From: a virus
Lineage: Duplodnaviria; Heunggongvirae; Uroviricota; Caudoviricetes
Direction: 5' to 3' (one strand)
Length of the DNA stretch: 35,516 bases
IMG/VR virus record: IMGVR_UViG_3300037504_000227
Span: 75,201-110,716 of that record
In this document: piece by piece, positions 33,012-35,516 of the stretch
Layout of the letters: each line of letters begins with the position of its first letter
Position numbering within the stretch: position 1 is the first letter of the stretch
Program-made: the position numbers and the translations under genes
The notes under the pieces: model-generated
Told to the model about the DNA's origin: nothing
The model's input: the letters and a program-made list of their open reading frames with translations, nothing else
Databases searched by the model: none

Positions 33012-33020
33012 TAACTTTAA
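33011..33020. repeat. Dispersed motif TTAACTTTAA between a stop and the next start
   Basis: Exact copy covering the TAA stop and the A of ATG 33011. Confidence 0.8.
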
Positions 33021-33796
33021 CTCTCCTTGATCTCTTGCAACTTTCTCTTGGCCTTTTCCAGATCGCGCTCTAGGCCAGAAACTTCCTCCTCTGCATTCTT
33101 CACTGCTCGTTCTTTTAGCCTTTCTCTATAACCATCAGGAAGTTCAAGCCCATGCTTGTTGGCTAAGTCAGCCAAGTCCTGAGACAGTCTATCCTCAGCC
33201 ATTTCACTCAACACTCTCTGCGCTACCTCTAGCGCAACGTCGTACCCGCTACAAGGAACAACTTGATACCAAGTCTTACTACTGCCATCCTTGTATTTGT
33301 TTAGTCTCCATTGTAGATCACCGCCTGAGGCTCCAAACAGGACTAAAAGCTTCATGCCTGTTTTCTTGCGTTCCCAACTGTGACCATACTCAATCCCCTC
33401 GCCGAACTCTCGAATTTCTAAGCGCCCGTAATCATTGTAGATGACAAAGTGTGTAATCTCTCCATTCAGAAAGCTGTCAACTTGACGCAACGCCCTATGC
33501 TCTGCTTTAAGCTTTTGAACGATCTTGTCCCTTTCGTCCTGTGCCTTACGCACATCTCCCTCAACAAGGCGCAATTCTGCTCTCTTGTTCTTAATTTGTT
33601 TTTGCAAACTGACAACGCGCTGGTCCAGAACCTCTGTCGGCGCTTTGTTATACACCTTGTTAACAATGATCAAGCGTCCACTTGGTTCGCAGTATGGGCA
33701 TCCCTCATAGTTATAATATTCCATCATTGGCTCTACAAGGATGCCATTCTCAACCTCTTGATGCACAACCACTTCACGCCCGTCAGATAGATACAT
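33017..33796 (-). CDS. Conserved phage coiled-coil hypothetical protein
   Basis: 259 aa; SD GGAGG; YL.DGREVVV start and long heptad regions. Confidence 0.75.
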   Translation of the reverse strand: MYLSDGREVVVHQEVENGILVEPMMEYYNYEGCPYCEPSGRLIIVNKVYNKAPTEVLDQRVVSLQKQIKNKRAELRLVEGDVRKAQDERDKIVQKLKAEHRALRQVDSFLNGEITHFVIYNDYGRLEIREFGEGIEYGHSWERKKTGMKLLVLFGASGGDLQWRLNKYKDGSSKTWYQVVPCSGYDVALEVAQRVLSEMAEDRLSQDLADLANKHGLELPDGYRERLKERAVKNAEEEVSGLERDLEKAKRKLQEIKES

Positions 33797-33797
33797 T

Positions 33798-33872
33798 TCA
33801 GCCTCCCATTCTCTCTTTGCACTCCTCGCAATACGGTCCCCTCTTCGCCTTTTTGCAAATTGCGTTATTCAT
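33798..33872 (-). CDS. 24-aa micro-ORF with CxxC
   Basis: MNNAICKKAKRGPYCEECKERMGG; fills the gap exactly and is coupled to both neighbours. Confidence 0.4.
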   Translation of the reverse strand: MNNAICKKAKRGPYCEECKERMGG

Positions 33873-34332
33873 TTTTCACCTCGATGGCGTGTGTAACCTT
33901 CCATGTTCCATCCGACTCCGGCTCGGCCTCTGCCAGCAACCACGGCACCAGTGTGACTCGCCAGAACTCGAACGGCATCCACTGCACAGCGTTCGAGTCA
34001 TACACAAACAGCTTTTCATCTCTCCAACACGATCCTATCCAATGCGTGTGTCGCTCAGCCGCCACGCCAGACCACGGACCGCCCCACATCACTCGAACTA
34101 ATCCCCAATCGGGAAACTTGCCCGTAACTAGCTTGTAATCAACCCCAACCATGTCTAGGGTAGCAAGCATCATTTTAGGGCTTACGTACCCTTTACTCTC
34201 AAAGTCCCCGAGAAAGGGGCGAATCTCATCAGGCGTCATGTCCAGAACAGCAGTCAAAGCGCCAGGACCACAGTTAAATCCCCATTCATCCATTGCATTT
34301 CGAGCATCTGCTTTCGTGTATCTAAGCATCAT
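33865..34332 (-). CDS. Papain-fold (C39-like) peptidase candidate
   Basis: FNCGPGAL (Cys), HTHWIG (His), VYDSN (Asp) in C39 order. Confidence 0.55.
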   Translation of the reverse strand: MMLRYTKADARNAMDEWGFNCGPGALTAVLDMTPDEIRPFLGDFESKGYVSPKMMLATLDMVGVDYKLVTGKFPDWGLVRVMWGGPWSGVAAERHTHWIGSCWRDEKLFVYDSNAVQWMPFEFWRVTLVPWLLAEAEPESDGTWKVTHAIEVKNE

Positions 34333-34556
34333 GTGTCCCTCAACGCCTTCTCAGCAGCCTTGGCCTGTTCGTAGCTGACATACACCCCTCGATACGTCAA
34401 GTGCTGTCCAGGCCACATTACATGCCCCAGAGCAGCAAATGGCTCTAGCGCCTCTCGCAATGCCTTCAGTTCATCATATGCATCTTCTACTTCAGCGGCG
34501 TGCTCGTCACACAAATGCACCGTTGCCTTGTTGCTGCACAGATCACAATTGCTCAT
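34329..34556 (-). CDS. Hypothetical protein with N-terminal Zn finger
   Basis: CDLC......LCDEH; ATGA coupling. Confidence 0.6.
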   Translation of the reverse strand: MSNCDLCSNKATVHLCDEHAAEVEDAYDELKALREALEPFAALGHVMWPGQHLTYRGVYVSYEQAKAAEKALRDT

Positions 34557-34984
34557 TTGGCCTCCTTCGGGATCTCGTATGCAAGAACCCCAATCCTGTC
34601 CACTCTGTACTCATCATTCTCGGCTAACAACTTGCCCAACCTAATCGCAGACGGCGATCCTTCTTTTAACTGATACCTGCTCGTGACATACGACCCGCGA
34701 TTACGCTTGATCGCAACGTGGACAATCCTATTCTCGTAGTCGCAATCAATCTCAACAACGCGAGTCTGATCCTGTGGAACAGAGCGATGGTATGAGCGTT
34801 CGTAGTAGTCGAGATCTAGATCAATCATGCGCTTCGCGCTTTCAATTGCTACCCCCATTCTCTTGCGCACAATCGTCCGCGACTCTTCACCAACATCAAA
34901 AGTGGCTTGCCACTCGCCACTACACAGATTTTCTATCTCTATTTCCACGCCACGATGTTCAAATGCTTTTCGCCTTCTATTCAT
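34553..34984 (-). CDS. Hypothetical protein
   Basis: 143-aa ORF in the operon. Confidence 0.65.
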   Translation of the reverse strand: MNRRRKAFEHRGVEIEIENLCSGEWQATFDVGEESRTIVRKRMGVAIESAKRMIDLDLDYYERSYHRSVPQDQTRVVEIDCDYENRIVHVAIKRNRGSYVTSRYQLKEGSPSAIRLGKLLAENDEYRVDRIGVLAYEIPKEAK

Positions 34985-34988
34985 TTGC

Positions 34989-35249
34989 TTAGTAGCTCGC
35001 CGCGTCGGCTAGGTCCGCGCACTCATCCAGAACGCGGTTCGCCTCGTCAACCATTTCTCTAAGCCACGGAGTGGCACGCATGGCGTCAATCGCGCCACGT
35101 AGTTCTGCGGCTTGGTCGCGCAACTCTGCCATCTCCTTCCACTCGCTCTCGTCGCAGGGCAAGAGATGTTTGCAGTCGCGCTCGACACACTCTAAATAAT
35201 ACGATGCGTCTTCGATTCCGCCATCAATCCTGAGAATTTCTTCGTGCAT
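34989..35249 (-). CDS. Hypothetical protein
   Basis: SD GGAGGT. Confidence 0.65.
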   Translation of the reverse strand: MHEEILRIDGGIEDASYYLECVERDCKHLLPCDESEWKEMAELRDQAAELRGAIDAMRATPWLREMVDEANRVLDECADLADAASY

Positions 35250-35262
35250 GATTTACCTCCAT

Positions 35263-35514
35263 TTACTCGCCTGTGTTTATACACTTCTTTACGCTACGCA
35301 GAATGCATTCCCCACGCCCGCTAACCATCTCAGCATCCCCCGTTTCAAAGCAAGACACCAACGCCTGAGTGTGCTCCTTCAATTCGTTATACAACAAAAC
35401 CAACTGATCGTGCCTGCTCATCTGGCTGTCGCTTGCGTACACAGGGATGGGGATAGCAAGCACAACATCCTTGTTCAGCGGATCTGGGACATGCTTGTAT
35501 TCAGGCATCATCAA
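35263..35514 (-). CDS. Hypothetical protein (start near the window edge)
   Basis: 83-aa ORF on the operon strand. Confidence 0.55.
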   Translation of the reverse strand: MMMPEYKHVPDPLNKDVVLAIPIPVYASDSQMSRHDQLVLLYNELKEHTQALVSCFETGDAEMVSGRGECILRSVKKCINTGE

Positions 35515-35516
35515 CC

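Noticed and set aside
1-35516. Alternative genetic code
   Set aside because: Conserved genes are uninterrupted, all three stops are used at coupled junctions, and no suppressor tRNA is present.
1-35516. CRISPR array, integrase or attachment site
   Set aside because: No regularly spaced repeats, no recombinase motifs and no prophage boundary are visible.

Overview
A 35.5-kb segment of a large dsDNA tailed-phage genome, read in the standard genetic code (TAA, TAG and TGA all end well-coupled genes). I see no rRNA, CRISPR array or integrase. Four transcription blocks: (1) 1-5151 (+): a Mom-like fragment, an array of 21 tRNA genes interleaved with small ORFs, a Dam-type methylase and an HNH nuclease; (2) 5114-17228 (-): terS, terL, a membrane protein, a portal with a class-3 intein and a MuF-like tail, then a C5 methylase, deoxyribonucleotidase, metallophosphoesterase, class II RNR and dUTPase; (3) 17329-27145 (+): nucleases, a ribbon-helix-helix protein, RecA, a ~1180-aa multi-domain hydrolase, and DUF2227 - FtsK - membrane - bPH genes, ending at a bidirectional terminator; (4) 27190-35514 (-): sliding clamp, membrane-HTH protein, Pol-beta nucleotidyltransferase, a duplicated gene pair, DenV-like glycosylase and small hypotheticals. 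The most notable signals are: a dispersed TTAA-NN-TTAA motif (9 exact TTAACTTTAA copies, 5 at gene junctions); non-canonical tRNAs (an 8/4 tRNA-Sec-like Ser tRNA, a D-armless Arg tRNA, compensated T-arm changes); leaderless sigma70-type promoters; and a possible FtsK/TraB-plus-membrane-protein DNA spreading module. Family assignments come from motif recognition and memory, not database searches. A Chloroflexota host is only an inference.
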